Assembly (NCBI RefSeq): GCF_035084215.1
Contig: NC_090337.1
Span: forward strand, 31,620,001 to 31,684,000
Reading direction: 5' to 3'
Length of the DNA: 64,000 bases
Origin: Heptranchias perlo
Lineage: Eukaryota
The notes under the pieces were generated by a model. The model did not search any database. It was not told where the DNA came from and saw nothing but the letters and a program-made list of their open reading frames with translations. The position numbers were made by a program, and so were the translations under genes. This document shows positions 37,701-46,290 of the stretch, in pieces (within the stretch, counting starts at the first letter, position 1; each line of letters begins with the position of its first letter).

Positions 37701-40700
37701 TTAACCTGACATCTGTCGTACGCCCCTTTTCTCTGCTTCATCTTACTCTCTACTGATGAGGGTTACAGCGGCAGATGGATGGAGGTAGGGGCAGAGGCAG
37801 GGGATATTACAGAGGTGGAAGTAGGCAATCTTTGTGATGGAGAAGACATGCATTTGGAAGCTCAGCTTGGAATCAAATAGGATGCTGAGGTTGCAAGCAA
37901 TCTGGTTCAACTTGAGACAGTGGCCAGAAAGGGATATGGAATCAGTGGCAAGGCTATGGAGTTCGTGGCAGGAGCTGAAGATGATTGCTTTGATTTTCCC
38001 AGTGTTTAACTGGAGGAAATTGTGGCTAATCCAAGACTGGAAGTTGGAAAAGCATTTTGACAATATAGCCAGAGGGCTTCTCTTGGACTACAAATGGTTT
38101 TTCCAGCCCTCAGTGGAAAGCTGTGTTTTCCTTTTTTAAAGCTTGTTGTGCGCTTATACTGTAATTACCAATATTCAATATAAGCACAGCTAGGTACTTT
38201 AAGTAACTAAAACGGGCTTTTCAGCTCAATGCTGCAAAAGTACTATTGTAAAATTTATGGAAGAGGGTAGCAGAAATCATGGACTTACAGTCTTCATTCT
38301 CCTTCACTATCCTTCCCTAAAATACTACCAGATCCTAGCCTTCCATTAATATCTCACCCTGTTCCCTTCAATCCTACTGGACCCCAGGATTCTACACCCC
38401 AGGTGTCCATTCCCTTCCCCAGTATTTCTGTACCATGTGACCAGTACCTTGCTCCAAATTCCTTGATCCCAACCCACCAGTGGCCCCAGAGCCCAGCACC
38501 TTGTCCACTTCTCCCAAACCTCATCAGCCACTTCTCGTTTCTCCCAGACCTTGGAACACCACTCCCAGTGCTTTCAGAATTTGCAACTCCTTTCCCACTG
38601 TTCCCACTCAGGGCCTCTCCCATCCAGTACTCCCATGCCGACAAAGATCCCATCCCAATGCCCCCACATCCTTCTAACCCTGTCTGAGTGCTCAAATACT
38701 GCAACATCACTCTCCTACCACTTCCACACTCCCAGCACAACATTCACAGTATTCCAAGAACCTAGAACCCAGACCCCCACCCACTACCCTGAGACCCAAG
38801 GACATTGCTCCCCAATACTCGCAGACCATAATACCACTCCATTTCTGTTACAACCTACACCCCTTTCAACTGCCCCTAGACCCCAGACCACATTCCCAAT
38901 AGTACCAAACCATATGTACCCCCTCCCCCAGTACTGCTACATGCCTGCTTGTATGCAACCTGCAATATCTTACCTACCATTATCCTTTGCTTCCTGCACT
39001 TTAAAAAAGGTAAAACACAAAATTCATTGTTAACATAAATAAACAAATGTAATTATATGAAGGTCCCTGATATACAATTTCCACGAAAATAAATCCACAA
39101 TCACACAATTTGAACCAGAAAATACAGCTAACACTCCCACAATACTTTTGTGATAAAAATGCAATTTCATATATTCGATCACCATAAATCAATGGAACAG
39201 ATAACATATCAATAGTTTAATTTAACATTGTAATGTGAAACTTCTTTTCTTTTGGCAGCTTGTTTGCATCCCAAGAAGCTGGAGGGTTTACATTCTGGTC
39301 ATGGTTCTTGTTCATTTTTTTGTTATAATGGCCATTGAGGTAAGTAGGAGTACCATGCTTTTTTTTTGGTGTTCTTGTGCCTGGAGTGTGTATCTTGATA
39401 TTTGTGAATCTTCCTCCTCCTTCAACCTTGACAATGTTGAAATCAGAACCCATCACACTGTCTAAGACTACAGTTATACTGCCACTTTCACATCAGGTTT
39501 CAGGTGTGCATCAGCAAAAAGTGGTTTACAAGTTATGTCCAAGTGCACAAATACCTGCCAGGAGGCTGTCTCAGACCAATTTGTTTGCACCGGCTGCAGT
39601 GTAACTTCAGCTCAAAGCAAAGTCACATTTTAAAAGTGACTCATTGGGGAAATTTTTAAATTTTATGTGATACCTTTTTAATGTTATGAGAGAATGGATG
39701 CTCCAGTAAACTATCACCTATCATTAAACATTAGCAGACTGCATCCAAGCACATATTTGCAAAGCTGCTTTTGGCTTGTGACTACAAACTAATGGACCAA
39801 GTAGGCTATGTAGACGCTGAATTATATATATATATATATGAATTGTTCAGGAGATAAGGGCATTCACAATTTTATGCTGCATTTAAATTGCAGAACGTGG
39901 AGCAGTTCTAATACTGACGGTAGCGACCACTGCCTTCGTATTGAGAAACAGTTTTTACAGCAGCTAGGTTAATATTAAAGCAGCTGGATGACGCATGCTT
40001 GAGCATGTGCAACCAGCAACTTCTTCCCAGGGGCCAATATCTTTCACAGTGGTGCAGAATGTTTATGCAGGCCGTCGAAAGCAAAATCACTTGACTGGTC
40101 TGTAGAGGGCAGATGTGAACACTTCAGCTACTCTACCTCTAACTATGATGGCATGCTGCTTTAGATTCATCTTGCAGTCAAAAGCACACACCAAAACGAC
40201 CTATTTTTGTGGTGTGTACCAGCTCTGAGCTGTGTCCCATTTACCTTGACGATATGTCACAAAATGTGGAGCTGCCATAGGAGGCTACAGGCAATGTAAA
40301 CGCACTACAAAATTTGTGTTTAGTTTACTCTGACACGTCAACAACATTCTATCATAAGAAGCCACTTCTCAGTGTTTTTCACACCATTTACATCTTATTA
40401 AAATTCTTATGTTTGCATGAACTTCCTGTCTACAAAATGTTACTTTATGTTATTTTTTGTCACACTTCTGTGTCATTTTTTCCATTATAAATTCCTTGTC
40501 CATATATAATGGAAACTGCCTACGTAAACTTGCCATACTGTAATGACATCCTTGTGCCAATGGTGACACTTTAATGTCTCAGTTTTGCATTTCCCAACTC
40601 TTCAGACAACTACAGAGAAACTTTTATGTTCCAAACAATTCTGCTCCTCTAATTTCCAAACTGCCATAAGTTTTGCTATTTGACTTTAAGTAATTTATAA

Positions 40701-42151
40701 TATATTAAAAATCTTACATCTGCCTGCTCTTCTTGTTAGCTTTTTCCATTATAAATTCCGATGTCCACCTTTATAATGGAAACTGCCTATGTAAAACTTG
40801 TCAGCCTGTAATTGTACCCTCCCTAGTGGAGGTGCTGCAGTGCCACCACTAGCAGGAGGCTGCAATTATAGCATGACAAGTTTTGCATAAGCAGTTTGCA
40901 CTATAAATGTGGACATAAGAATTTGTAATGGAAACATAAAAATAAGGACAGAATGGATGACTTTAAAGTGGAGACTGAATTACATCTGTATGCCCTGGTA
41001 CAATTATTGCCTGGCCCTAACCCACTTCATCTGAAGACTACACTTGGTTTTGACTCCCCATGTGCAACGCTGCAGGAGATTGAAGAGTATTAAATCAAAA
41101 TTTTATAAGGATGAATGTATGTCTTTAAAATGGGGACTAAATATGCATATACTTTATCTGTATCTGTCTATATCTTATTAGAAAGCTTACACCTGCACTC
41201 CCTGATCCAATTATCTCCTGCCTTTTAACTCAGCTTCACCTAAAGACATAAAACCAGGAGTAGGCTATTTAGCCCCTCGACACTGTTCTGCCATTCAATG
41301 AGATCATGGCTGATCTGTGACCTAACTCCACATACCCGTCTTAACCCCATATCCCTTAATACCGTTGGTTACCAAAAAGCTATCAATCTCAGATTTAAAA
41401 TTAACAATTGAGCTAGCATCAACTGCCATTTGTGGAAGAGAGTTCCAAACTTCTACTACCCTTTGCGTGTAGAAATGTTTCCTAACTTCACTCCTGAAAG
41501 TCCTGGCTCTAATTTTTAGGCTATGTCCCCTAGTCCTAGACTCCCCAACCAGCAGAAATAGTTTCTCTCTATCTACGCTATCAGTTCCCCTTAATATCTT
41601 GAAAACTTCAATGAAAGACTACTCTTGGCCTTGATCCCTGTATGCAACACAACAGGAGATCGATTAGTTTATTACTCTCCCAGCACAATGGCAAAAGCAA
41701 ACAAGCTACAGTGGAATGAAATATCATTCTATATGAACATTTTCATTTAGAACAAGTTGCTTGGCTCAAAAGGAAATTAAAACTATAAGTTAATTGAAGA
41801 AAAATTAATTCATGAAATGAAGCCGATATTATGTTATTTTAATAGAAAATTATAATAGAAAACAGACACCTCTGGCTATTCCTTAAAAAATGTTGTAAAG
41901 TAAAGTCTATGAGGCGTTATAAGAAGATGCAAAGAATAATAAAGAAAGAGCCAAACTGGCCTCCAGAAGATGATTCCGACTATACAACATTTTGCATCAT
42001 GGAGGAAGAAGTTCTGGAAGCATATTCTAATATGAGCTACGAACATGACAAAATCTCTAAAGAGGCATCAAATGGATATGCAAGTTCTACTTCAAACCAA
42101 AATGATGAAGGAAACTATAATAAAGAGGACATTCAAAATGCTTATTTATAG
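1662..42151 (+). CDS. ATP13A4: P5B-type cation/polyamine-transporting ATPase, ATP13A4/ATP13A5-like; 3' part, 13 coding exons: 1662-1786, 6218-6384, 7981-8091, 8218-8297, 9412-9454, 13198-13307, 23050-23146, 24253-24325, 27839-28013, 30562-30770, 32685-32773, 39259-39339, 41846-42151
   Basis: All exons are bounded by AG/GT with compatible phases. The spliced peptide has [86 protein letters not shown] and WPP. The A4 versus A5 assignment rests on remembered human sequences and is uncertain. Confidence 0.93.
1840..2130 (+). mobile_element. Old tRNA-derived SINE copy (family A)
   Basis: Degenerate A box (TGGTTTAGTTAG) and B box (GTTCAATCC). The body resembles the copies at 10620-10930, 23640-23952 and 31000-31985. 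Boundaries approximate. Confidence 0.65.
2258..2634. mobile_element. Foldback/MITE-like palindromic element (~377 bp)
   Basis: CTGTTGTGACACATTTTTGATATTT at the left end pairs with AAATATCAAAAATGTGTAACAACAG at the right end. Imperfect complementarity continues inward (GGCATGGAGGCAGAGATGG / CCATCTCTGCCCCCATGC). Confidence 0.7.
3900..5670 (+). mobile_element. CR1 LINE, 5'-truncated, frameshifted ORF2 (RT) plus 3' UTR
   Basis: [29 protein letters not shown] and [12 protein letters not shown] fragments; 3' end CTCCTGCTCCTATTTCTTACATTCTTAT. Confidence 0.93.
6218..6384 (+). CDS. ATP13A4: ATP13A4/5-like exon ([17 protein letters not shown]...GQICTN)
   Basis: TTTTCTACAG| acceptor and |GTAAGC donor; completes the TGDN motif. 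Confidence 0.93.
6681..7689 (-). mobile_element. Young CR1 LINE 3' fragment with an open ~300-codon RT C-terminus
   Basis: ORF 6778..7704: [31 protein letters not shown]; no stops; CR1 3' UTR follows. Confidence 0.95.
7981..8091 (+). CDS. ATP13A4: ATP13A4/5-like exon ([37 protein letters not shown])
   Basis: AG at 7979-7980; AAG|GTAAGT donor; HFAMTGKS motif; 111 bp, phase 0-0. Confidence 0.9.
8218..8297 (+). CDS. ATP13A4: ATP13A4/5-like exon ([26 protein letters not shown])
   Basis: TTTCAG| acceptor, |GTAAGT donor; VFARMSPxQK motif. Confidence 0.94.
9412..9454 (+). CDS. ATP13A4: ATP13A4/5-like exon ([14 protein letters not shown])
   Basis: TTTTCCAG| acceptor, |GTGAGT donor; GDGAND P-type ATPase hinge motif. 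Confidence 0.95.
10620..10930 (-). mobile_element. Old tRNA-derived SINE copy (family A)
   Basis: Reverse complement resembles 1840-2130 (GGTCCCATGTTTGATCCCTGG B-box region; CTACAATTGG body). Boundaries approximate. Confidence 0.6.
12201..12241 (-). ncRNA. Minimal type I hammerhead ribozyme motif (mirror copy)
   Basis: Exact reverse complement of 12260-12300. Confidence 0.68.
12260..12300 (+). ncRNA. Minimal type I hammerhead ribozyme motif
   Basis: Stem I AUUUAC/GUGAAU; core CUGACGA (12266-12272); extra A; stem II GGAGG-AAG-CCUCC; GAAA; palindromic AAGCUU as a loopless stem III; CUU triplet with predicted cut after 12294. Confidence 0.7.
12512..13036. mobile_element. Probable non-autonomous DNA transposon remnant (Harbinger-like end)
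   Basis: CpG-rich island in an AT-rich intron starting GGGGGATATTCAAC, like other GGG..ATTTT-ended elements in the window. Right end uncertain. Confidence 0.4.
13198..13307 (+). CDS. ATP13A4: ATP13A4/5-like exon ([36 protein letters not shown])
   Basis: TTTCTAG| acceptor, |GTAAGT donor; conserved P5 motif. Confidence 0.95.
14030..14169. mobile_element. Palindromic MITE
   Basis: TTTTCAACTTCCTGCCCTGGTGTAAGACTGGCAT pairs with ATGCCAGTTTTATGCCTGGGCAGCAAGTTGAAAA. The centre resembles 28759-28899 and 30175-30275. Confidence 0.7.
14290..16400. mobile_element. Decayed Harbinger element: Myb-protein C-terminal part (+, ~14340-14690) convergent with a HARBI1-like transposase (-, ~14930-16340)
   Basis: ORF 14396..14695 (SSAQQDRD...[11 protein letters not shown]) resembles ORF 20341..20715. 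ORF 16071..16265 has [23 protein letters not shown]...[10 protein letters not shown]. Confidence 0.72.
17135..18811 (+). mobile_element. CR1 LINE (divergent subfamily), 5'-truncated, nested in the Harbinger Myb intron
   Basis: [22 protein letters not shown] and [12 protein letters not shown] in ORFs 17450..17641 and 17672..18493; long 3' UTR. Confidence 0.92.
19306..20348 (-). mobile_element. L2-type LINE 3' fragment with (GTT/GTC)n tail, interrupted by a solo LTR
   Basis: ORF 19565..19825 [26 protein letters not shown] is an L2 RT C-terminus. Its 3' end matches 33190-33260 and 47670-47859. Confidence 0.85.
19864..20296 (-). mobile_element. Solo LTR (433 bp) with 4-bp TSD AAGG
   Basis: TGT...ACA termini; AAGG at 19860-19863 and 20297-20300; removing it restores the L2. 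Minus-strand TATAAA at 20103-20108 and AATAAA at 19949-19954. Internal 32-bp direct repeat at 20132-20163 / 20250-20281. Confidence 0.85.
21082..21161 (+). repeat. Perfect 40-bp tandem duplication
   Basis: GCAGTCAGATCAGGGATCTGAGCAGTCTGCCACTACCTCT x2. Confidence 0.95.
23050..23146 (+). CDS. ATP13A4: ATP13A4/5-like exon ([32 protein letters not shown]), TM5
   Basis: T-tract plus CAACAG| acceptor, |GTATGA donor. Confidence 0.95.
23640..23952 (-). mobile_element. Old tRNA-derived SINE copy (family A)
   Basis: Reverse complement has the B box GGTTCAATCC and a body similar to 1840-2130. Boundaries approximate. Confidence 0.6.
24253..24325 (+). CDS. ATP13A4: ATP13A4/5-like exon ([24 protein letters not shown]), TM6
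   Basis: CATTTAG| acceptor, |GTAAGT donor. Confidence 0.93.
25310..25610 (-). mobile_element. CR1 LINE short 3' fragment
   Basis: ORF 25398..25640 contains [17 protein letters not shown]; CR1 3' UTR follows. Confidence 0.85.
25760..26120 (-). mobile_element. tRNA-derived SINE (family B)
   Basis: Minus-strand head TGGCTTAGTGG (A box) and GGGTTCAAACCC (B box), followed by a ~300-bp body unrelated to family A. Confidence 0.55.
26235..27522 (+). mobile_element. CR1 LINE 3' part, interrupted by a 142-bp templated insertion
   Basis: [25 protein letters not shown] and [11 protein letters not shown]; (TTCTATGA)n tail at ~27509-27522. Confidence 0.93.
27839..28013 (+). CDS. ATP13A4: ATP13A4/5-like exon ([27 protein letters not shown]...[12 protein letters not shown]), TM7
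   Basis: TTTCAG| acceptor, CAG|GTACAG donor; phase-compatible. Confidence 0.93.
28759..28899. mobile_element. Palindromic MITE
   Basis: GGGTGAAATTGGTCTT ... AAGACCAATCTCACCC terminal inverted repeats. Confidence 0.7.
29040..30450 (-). mobile_element. Old, heavily decayed CR1 LINE with a MITE fragment at ~30175-30275
   Basis: The minus strand shows remnants of [16 protein letters not shown] and MESIITD. Confidence 0.75.
30562..30770 (+). CDS. ATP13A4: ATP13A4/5-like exon ([10 protein letters not shown]...[37 protein letters not shown])
   Basis: TCTTTGCAG| acceptor, |GTAAGC donor; SYENTT and KGKPxRKP motifs; luminal loop with N-x-T sequons. Confidence 0.94.
31000..31985 (+). mobile_element. 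Family A SINE split by a ~610-bp MITE (31261-31875)
   Basis: SINE ...GACACTCA stops at ~31259 and resumes as CTGTCTAAGCTCACAC at ~31877. The insert ends carry the perfect inverted repeat GTAGATTTTCT (31263-31273) / AGAAAATCTAC (31862-31872). Confidence 0.65.
32323..32502. mobile_element. Palindromic MITE
   Basis: GGGCCTGTCTGTACTCCC ... GGGAGTGTGGAATCGGCCC ends; central TCCATT/AATGGA hairpin. Confidence 0.55.
32685..32773 (+). CDS. ATP13A4: ATP13A4/5-like exon ([30 protein letters not shown]), TM9
   Basis: TTTCAG| acceptor, |GTAAGT donor; hydrophobic helix; phase 1-0. Confidence 0.92.
32786..32876. repeat. ~90-bp hairpin MITE next to a splice donor
   Basis: GTGAAATTCAACTTTGGCAGGGATGCAAAA pairs with TTTTGCGCCCCAGCCAAAGTTGAATTTTAC. 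Confidence 0.75.
33767..37751 (-). mobile_element. CR1 LINE (33767-34189 plus 36468-37751) with internal deletions
   Basis: ORFs 37127..37741, 37020..37217, 36719..37027, 36281..36715 and 33972..34205 are consecutive CR1 ORF2 pieces; ATAGAATCATAGAA tail at 33769. Confidence 0.92.
34190..36467 (-). mobile_element. LINE of a distinct CR1/L2-group family (APE end plus RT), 5'-truncated, few frameshifts
   Basis: GRSDHRTV (endonuclease C-terminus), [36 protein letters not shown]; tail (TGAA)n followed by A-rich sequence. Confidence 0.92.
38330..38940. repeat. C-rich low-complexity / degenerate repeat tract
   Basis: Strong C-over-G skew with recurring CCCAG/ACTCCC/TTCCC words; the overlapping ORFs are compositional. 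Confidence 0.6.
39259..39339 (+). CDS. ATP13A4: ATP13A4/5-like exon ([27 protein letters not shown]), TM10
   Basis: TTTTGGCAG| acceptor, GAG|GTAAGT donor; 81 bp, phase 0-0. Confidence 0.94.
40741..40934. repeat. Imperfect ~190-bp palindrome (MITE-like), with a partial direct copy of its left arm at 40477-40544
   Basis: TTTCCATTATAAATTC...TGTCCAC...AAACTGCCTATGTAAAACTTGTCA pairs with TGACAAGTTTTGCATAAGCAGTTT...GTGGACA...GAATTTGTAATGGAAA. Confidence 0.75.
41245..41615 (-). mobile_element. CR1 LINE short 3' fragment
   Basis: Similar to 6681-7070 (GGAGTAGGC...GCCCCTCGA, GATCATGGCTGATCTG). Confidence 0.88.
41846..42151 (+). CDS. ATP13A4: ATP13A4/5-like terminal coding exon ([17 protein letters not shown]...EPNWPP...QNAYL*)
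   Basis: TTTTAATAG| acceptor, in frame with ORF 41909..42151; IENxxLW and WPP motifs of P5B C-termini. Confidence 0.9.
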   Translation, partial: KIIIENRHLWLFLKKCCKVKSMRRYKKMQRIIKKEPNWPPEDDSDYTTFCIMEEEVLEAYSNMSYEHDKISKEASNGYASSTSNQNDEGNYNKEDIQNAYL

Positions 42152-43135
42152 CACTGGCAAGAAATTTTAGTTTCACATTGTGGTATCATTCCACCTGTAA
42201 ATATTTCCAACTAACGGTCTTTGGTAAACAGTTTTTAATACATCATAAGGTACAATAATGAATGTAAAATTAATGTCAATGATTTTTTTATGTAATCACA
42301 TTTGTTTCTGTATGATATAGATACTCTGAAAATCATTTGAGAATTTTCAACAATTCACTTTTACCTTGTTCTAGAGAACTTTCTGTTTACTGTTATGACT
42401 CATACAAACTATTCAATCAAAAATACCAATACAACGGAGCTATTTGAAAAGCTTATTATGTGCTTACACAATTATGTCCACCATGTTTCTGAAACAAGAT
42501 TTAAATCTATCTGGAACTTGAAGACAGCAGTGCAGATTGGATGGGAAGACTGAATAAGTCGCGTCCTTACTGTCTGTTGTAACGGTGTCCTGGACCATGA
42601 ACAACCAATAGCAAATAATCTACATAATTCATTTTCATTGATTAACCATCTCTGCAACTTTCCATATCAACTTGTAAATGTGGGAACATCCACATCCAGC
42701 ACCGGTCTAAGCTTTCATTGACTTAGTGAAGAAAACAGCAATCCTGTTAAATCTCAGTTTTTAACTGTTTCCCATCTCACTGAAAATTTTCAAAACCTCA
42801 CTTTATTTTTTAATTTCCTATATTATGCACTATTTTGTCTTTGCATGTGCAGCTTTGCATTATTATACTAAAATTATTGTATCTGTTTAAATGGAGAATG
42901 TGAATTGAGCAATTGCATTGCAATAATTGCCTAAAAAATGTAAACAGTGAGTCCAGCACCTAACACCTGAACATTTTTACAAGGTGGTGATCAGAAAGAT
43001 ATTTGAATTTGATCCCTTGATCGATCTATAATCTCACTGAAAATTCATTCCTACAACGTGGCAACTCTGTCCCATTAGTATTGGGAATTTCCCAGGTGCC
43101 ACAGTTGTGGGGAATGTATCCATAAATGATTAATG

Positions 43136-43547
43136 CAGAGCCGGATTAAGAATTCTTGAAGCCCGGGGCACCAAAAACATTCAGGGCCCCTCCACCCCCT
43201 CTGCACAACCCACAGCGTGACGTCGATCCCCTTGCAACTGGAGCCTTGCTTCAAATAAACTCTGTTCCATTATTATTATGGCGTTTCTTTTCTTTGGAGA
43301 GTATTTTTGTTCATTAAAGATTATTACCTTTGTTTCTAAGGTTCCTTATATCTGAACTGTTTGTAACTTGTGAATTGGAATGGCAGATGTCAGTATTTAT
43401 ATTGTAACGAATCTGCTGACTCTGCCTTGCCACCTTCCGACAGTATTTTTAAATGCTAAAATATTTTGATCCAGCAGTTGTATGCAGTTCTTCTGCCTTA
43501 CGGTGATTTTTACCAGGGGCAGGCCCCAGTCTGCTAATCTGCCCCTG
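43136..43547. mobile_element. Non-autonomous hAT-type element (412 bp) in the probable 3' UTR
   Basis: TIRs CAGAGCCGGATTA / TAATCTGCCCCTG; 8-bp TSD GATTAATG (43128-43135) / GATTAACG (43548-43555). Confidence 0.8.
43254..43259 (+). promoter_or_regulatory. Candidate poly(A) signal for the ATPase (inside the hAT element)
   Basis: First AATAAA I found after the stop codon; T-rich tract downstream. Confidence 0.35.
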
Positions 43548-43652
43548 GATTAACGTTGTAATCCTTTGGGATGCAAGTACAGCTTTGCTGGACAAACTGT
43601 GAAAGTCATTAAACCAGGTATATTTTTAAAATGAAAATTGTTCATTTTAGTG

Positions 43653-43658
43653 AATAAA
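43653..43658 (+). promoter_or_regulatory. Candidate poly(A) signal for the ATPase (host sequence)
   Basis: AATAAA followed by a T/GT-rich downstream element. Confidence 0.45.
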
Positions 43659-44178
43659 AACTTTAAAAATATTTATTGCTCCTTTTCAATTTCCTGTCTG
43701 ATTTTCTTCTGCAGTATATCACATTTTATTATAGATGAGAGGTTTAAATGTTGAAGAGTAGAGCCTTGTTAGCACTCAAAGTATAACACAGTAGCACTAG
43801 TTACATCAGTAGAGATAGAAATTAAGTTATTAACAATTCATTTGATTTAGGCTCAGGTTTTAACATGCTTATAAAATGCTATTTGATTATGCATTGAGTT
43901 AAATCTGATTATATCACTTGATTAAAAATGTACTGCAGTGATTGGGGGGAATTTGAGTAAGGCAGTATTCAAACGCCCTTTTAACCTCTGGCTCGTGTTA
44001 GTTTCAAATTGTCCTGACTGATGGATTTAAACTCTACTATTGAAAGACCTCAGTGAAATTCTTCTAGGCAATCTCAATTCAGCTTCTAATCAGCATTATC
44101 CAACTACCTGGCACCTACCTTTATCGTAATATAGTTTTATTTCATTACCTTAATACAACACCACAGTCTAGTGACTAT

Positions 44179-44883
44179 GGCCCCGATATTTACGGAAGAA
44201 TGTTGTGGGGGGGAGGTGTAATGGCCGGGAAATCCGGAAATCTAGGTTTCCCGGAGGTCCTGCTAAATTTTTGGTCTCCAGTCCCAGCCGGCAGCCAACC
44301 AGATTGAGAGGCTGGCTGGATGTCGGGCAAGAAGGCCTGTGGCGTCAGGCTGCAGCCAGGGAGGGACAGATCGTGGGTCGGGGGGCTCAGAGGAGATTGG
44401 GTGGTGGGGGGGGGCGTGCGGAGAGGAGATCGCAGGCCGGGGGGAGATGAGGTGGGGGGAGTGGATGGCCGATCCGATCGCAGGGAGGGAGGGGGAAGTC
44501 TGATCATGGTGGGGAGATCGGATCGTGGAGAGGGAAGCAGGTTAGCTTGGAGGGCCGGTGGGGAGGGGGAGCACTGCTGGAAAGGCACCTACCTGCTGGA
44601 TCCAGCTGTTCTCACCTCCCTTCAGCTGCCGGGGTTCCTGAGCCCTGGGAAACCCGGCTGACGGCCATTAAATTTCTAACTGTCCTAAAATAATTTAAGG
44701 CACGCAGCTTCATTATAATATTTAAATATCAGGTCCACCTCTGGAGAGCAGGTTAGTCACCCACCCTCCCCAATCCGCCCGCCTCCGCTAAAACTGGAAG
44801 TTGGAGATGGGTTGGGGTTGGGTTTCCCACTTCTGAATTTTAACCCCCCTCCACCCGATGGGTGGGGGGGCAAAAATCCCCCC
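44179..44883. mobile_element. Non-autonomous Harbinger-like element with a G-rich core
   Basis: Left end GGCCCCGATATT resembles 16459. The last ~170 bp resemble 22075-22246 (GAGAGC.GGTT, GTTGGGGTTGG.TTTCCCA, AAAAT.CCCCC). Confidence 0.65.
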
Positions 44884-46009
44884 TATGAGTTTGAATCCCA
44901 GTCTTCACTCTGACTTTTCCAGTTGGGAGGAGAGGGGGAAGTCTTTTTTACAGTGCTCAAGCATAACTGTTGGTGGATTTCCCAACAATCATTATTAAGA
45001 CATTGGACCCAGATGTTTGTGCTGTAGCTCCTTTTGCCTACCTAAATTAAGGAAAATTTAGTTAGGAGAAGAAGGTGGAAAAATAGTTTTTCTCCCTGAG
45101 GATAGCTGCGAAGTGCATCAGTAGCAAATGCAACTGGAAAGTATGGTTTTTGCACCATTAGTACTGTGCACCGACTGCAATGGTACTAATTGTGGCCACC
45201 GCACAGGCAACCTTTAAATTTTGTTTCAAAGTTTAAAAGAAAATCTCAGATGGGCCATTGCAGTGGTACTCATGCCACAGCCATTCCATCAGCTCTATCA
45301 TGAGAAATATCATTGCCCGTCGTAGGTTGATGATCAGTGCTTGTCCATACATTGAGTTTCATCTACACAAAGAGGAAGACAAATCAAATAAATACATACA
45401 TTTTTAATGAATGTCATGTATTTTTGCAACTTTCTGCACAGATTCCAACTATATGTAAAGCATCATGGTCCATATTTGGAATGTAGTCCAGTCCACTTAT
45501 GAGGTGGAGGTGGATAGATGCAAATTTATCCCATGCTCAAGTAACTTTACATGTTCCTTAATACACAACAAATCATTTGTTTACAAATAAGACATTTGTA
45601 AATCCTGGTTATATATAATCTGTTCTTTAAAATTACTTGGGCAAATTTATAAAGCTATTTTAACATTTCATTTTCCATCAAGCACCAGCCAACATTTAGT
45701 GCCTTATTAACAATGCATCATCTCAACTGCAAGAGTTGCACACAAGTGACTTTCTACTATAAAAAAATTAAAACTCACCATAAAGAAGCATTGAACTGTT
45801 TGATAATTTTCTCTTCTCAAAACAACATTTTAGGGATTTTTTTCATCATCTGTCTCATTTCAGTCTTCGGGATTTTATTGTTGAGTTTTATCCCTCTTCA
45901 TCTCTTGGGCTGGTAATTTCCTCAGAGCTGCTCCTCCTTCACCGCCGTAGCTTTGTTGGAAACCCCACTAATGTACAGTGAAATTCGAGGAACATCTGAG
46001 GAAATTCAC

Positions 46010-46290
46010 GGTCTTCGTCTCACTCTCTATCCTTAATATATCCCTCTCTACAATGCCTTGTATTTTTCTATCTCTTCCTTTTCAGTTATCCCTGTTACCC
46101 CATCCCCATCTGTCCCTGTCTCTTTTTCTCCAACTATCCGTGTCTGTCTCTTCTCCTCAATCACTGTCTGTCTCTATCACTCCTTCTCCATCAATTCCTG
46201 TCTGCTTCTGTCACTCCTCCAATTATCCCTGTCTGTCTGTGTATCTCCTTCTCCATCTATCCCTGTATGACACTTGTTTTTTGTCTTACA
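46010..46290. repeat. Degenerate CT-rich microsatellite-like tract
   Basis: Recurring CTGTCT/CTCC/ATCCCTGT words; pyrimidine-rich + strand. Confidence 0.7.

Larger units (their letters stand above)
33190..38065 (-). mobile_element. L2-type LINE fragment (33190-33766 plus 37752-38065), split by nested insertions
   Basis: ...GACAAAGGCAT breaks at ~33766 and resumes as GATGAGGGTTACAGC at ~37754. ORF 37743..38063 has [19 protein letters not shown], an L2 RT motif. Confidence 0.8.

Noticed and set aside
38346-39033. Overlapping Pro- or Gly/Trp-rich ORFs on both strands
   Set aside because: Explained by C-rich low complexity with few stop codons; no domain or splice support.
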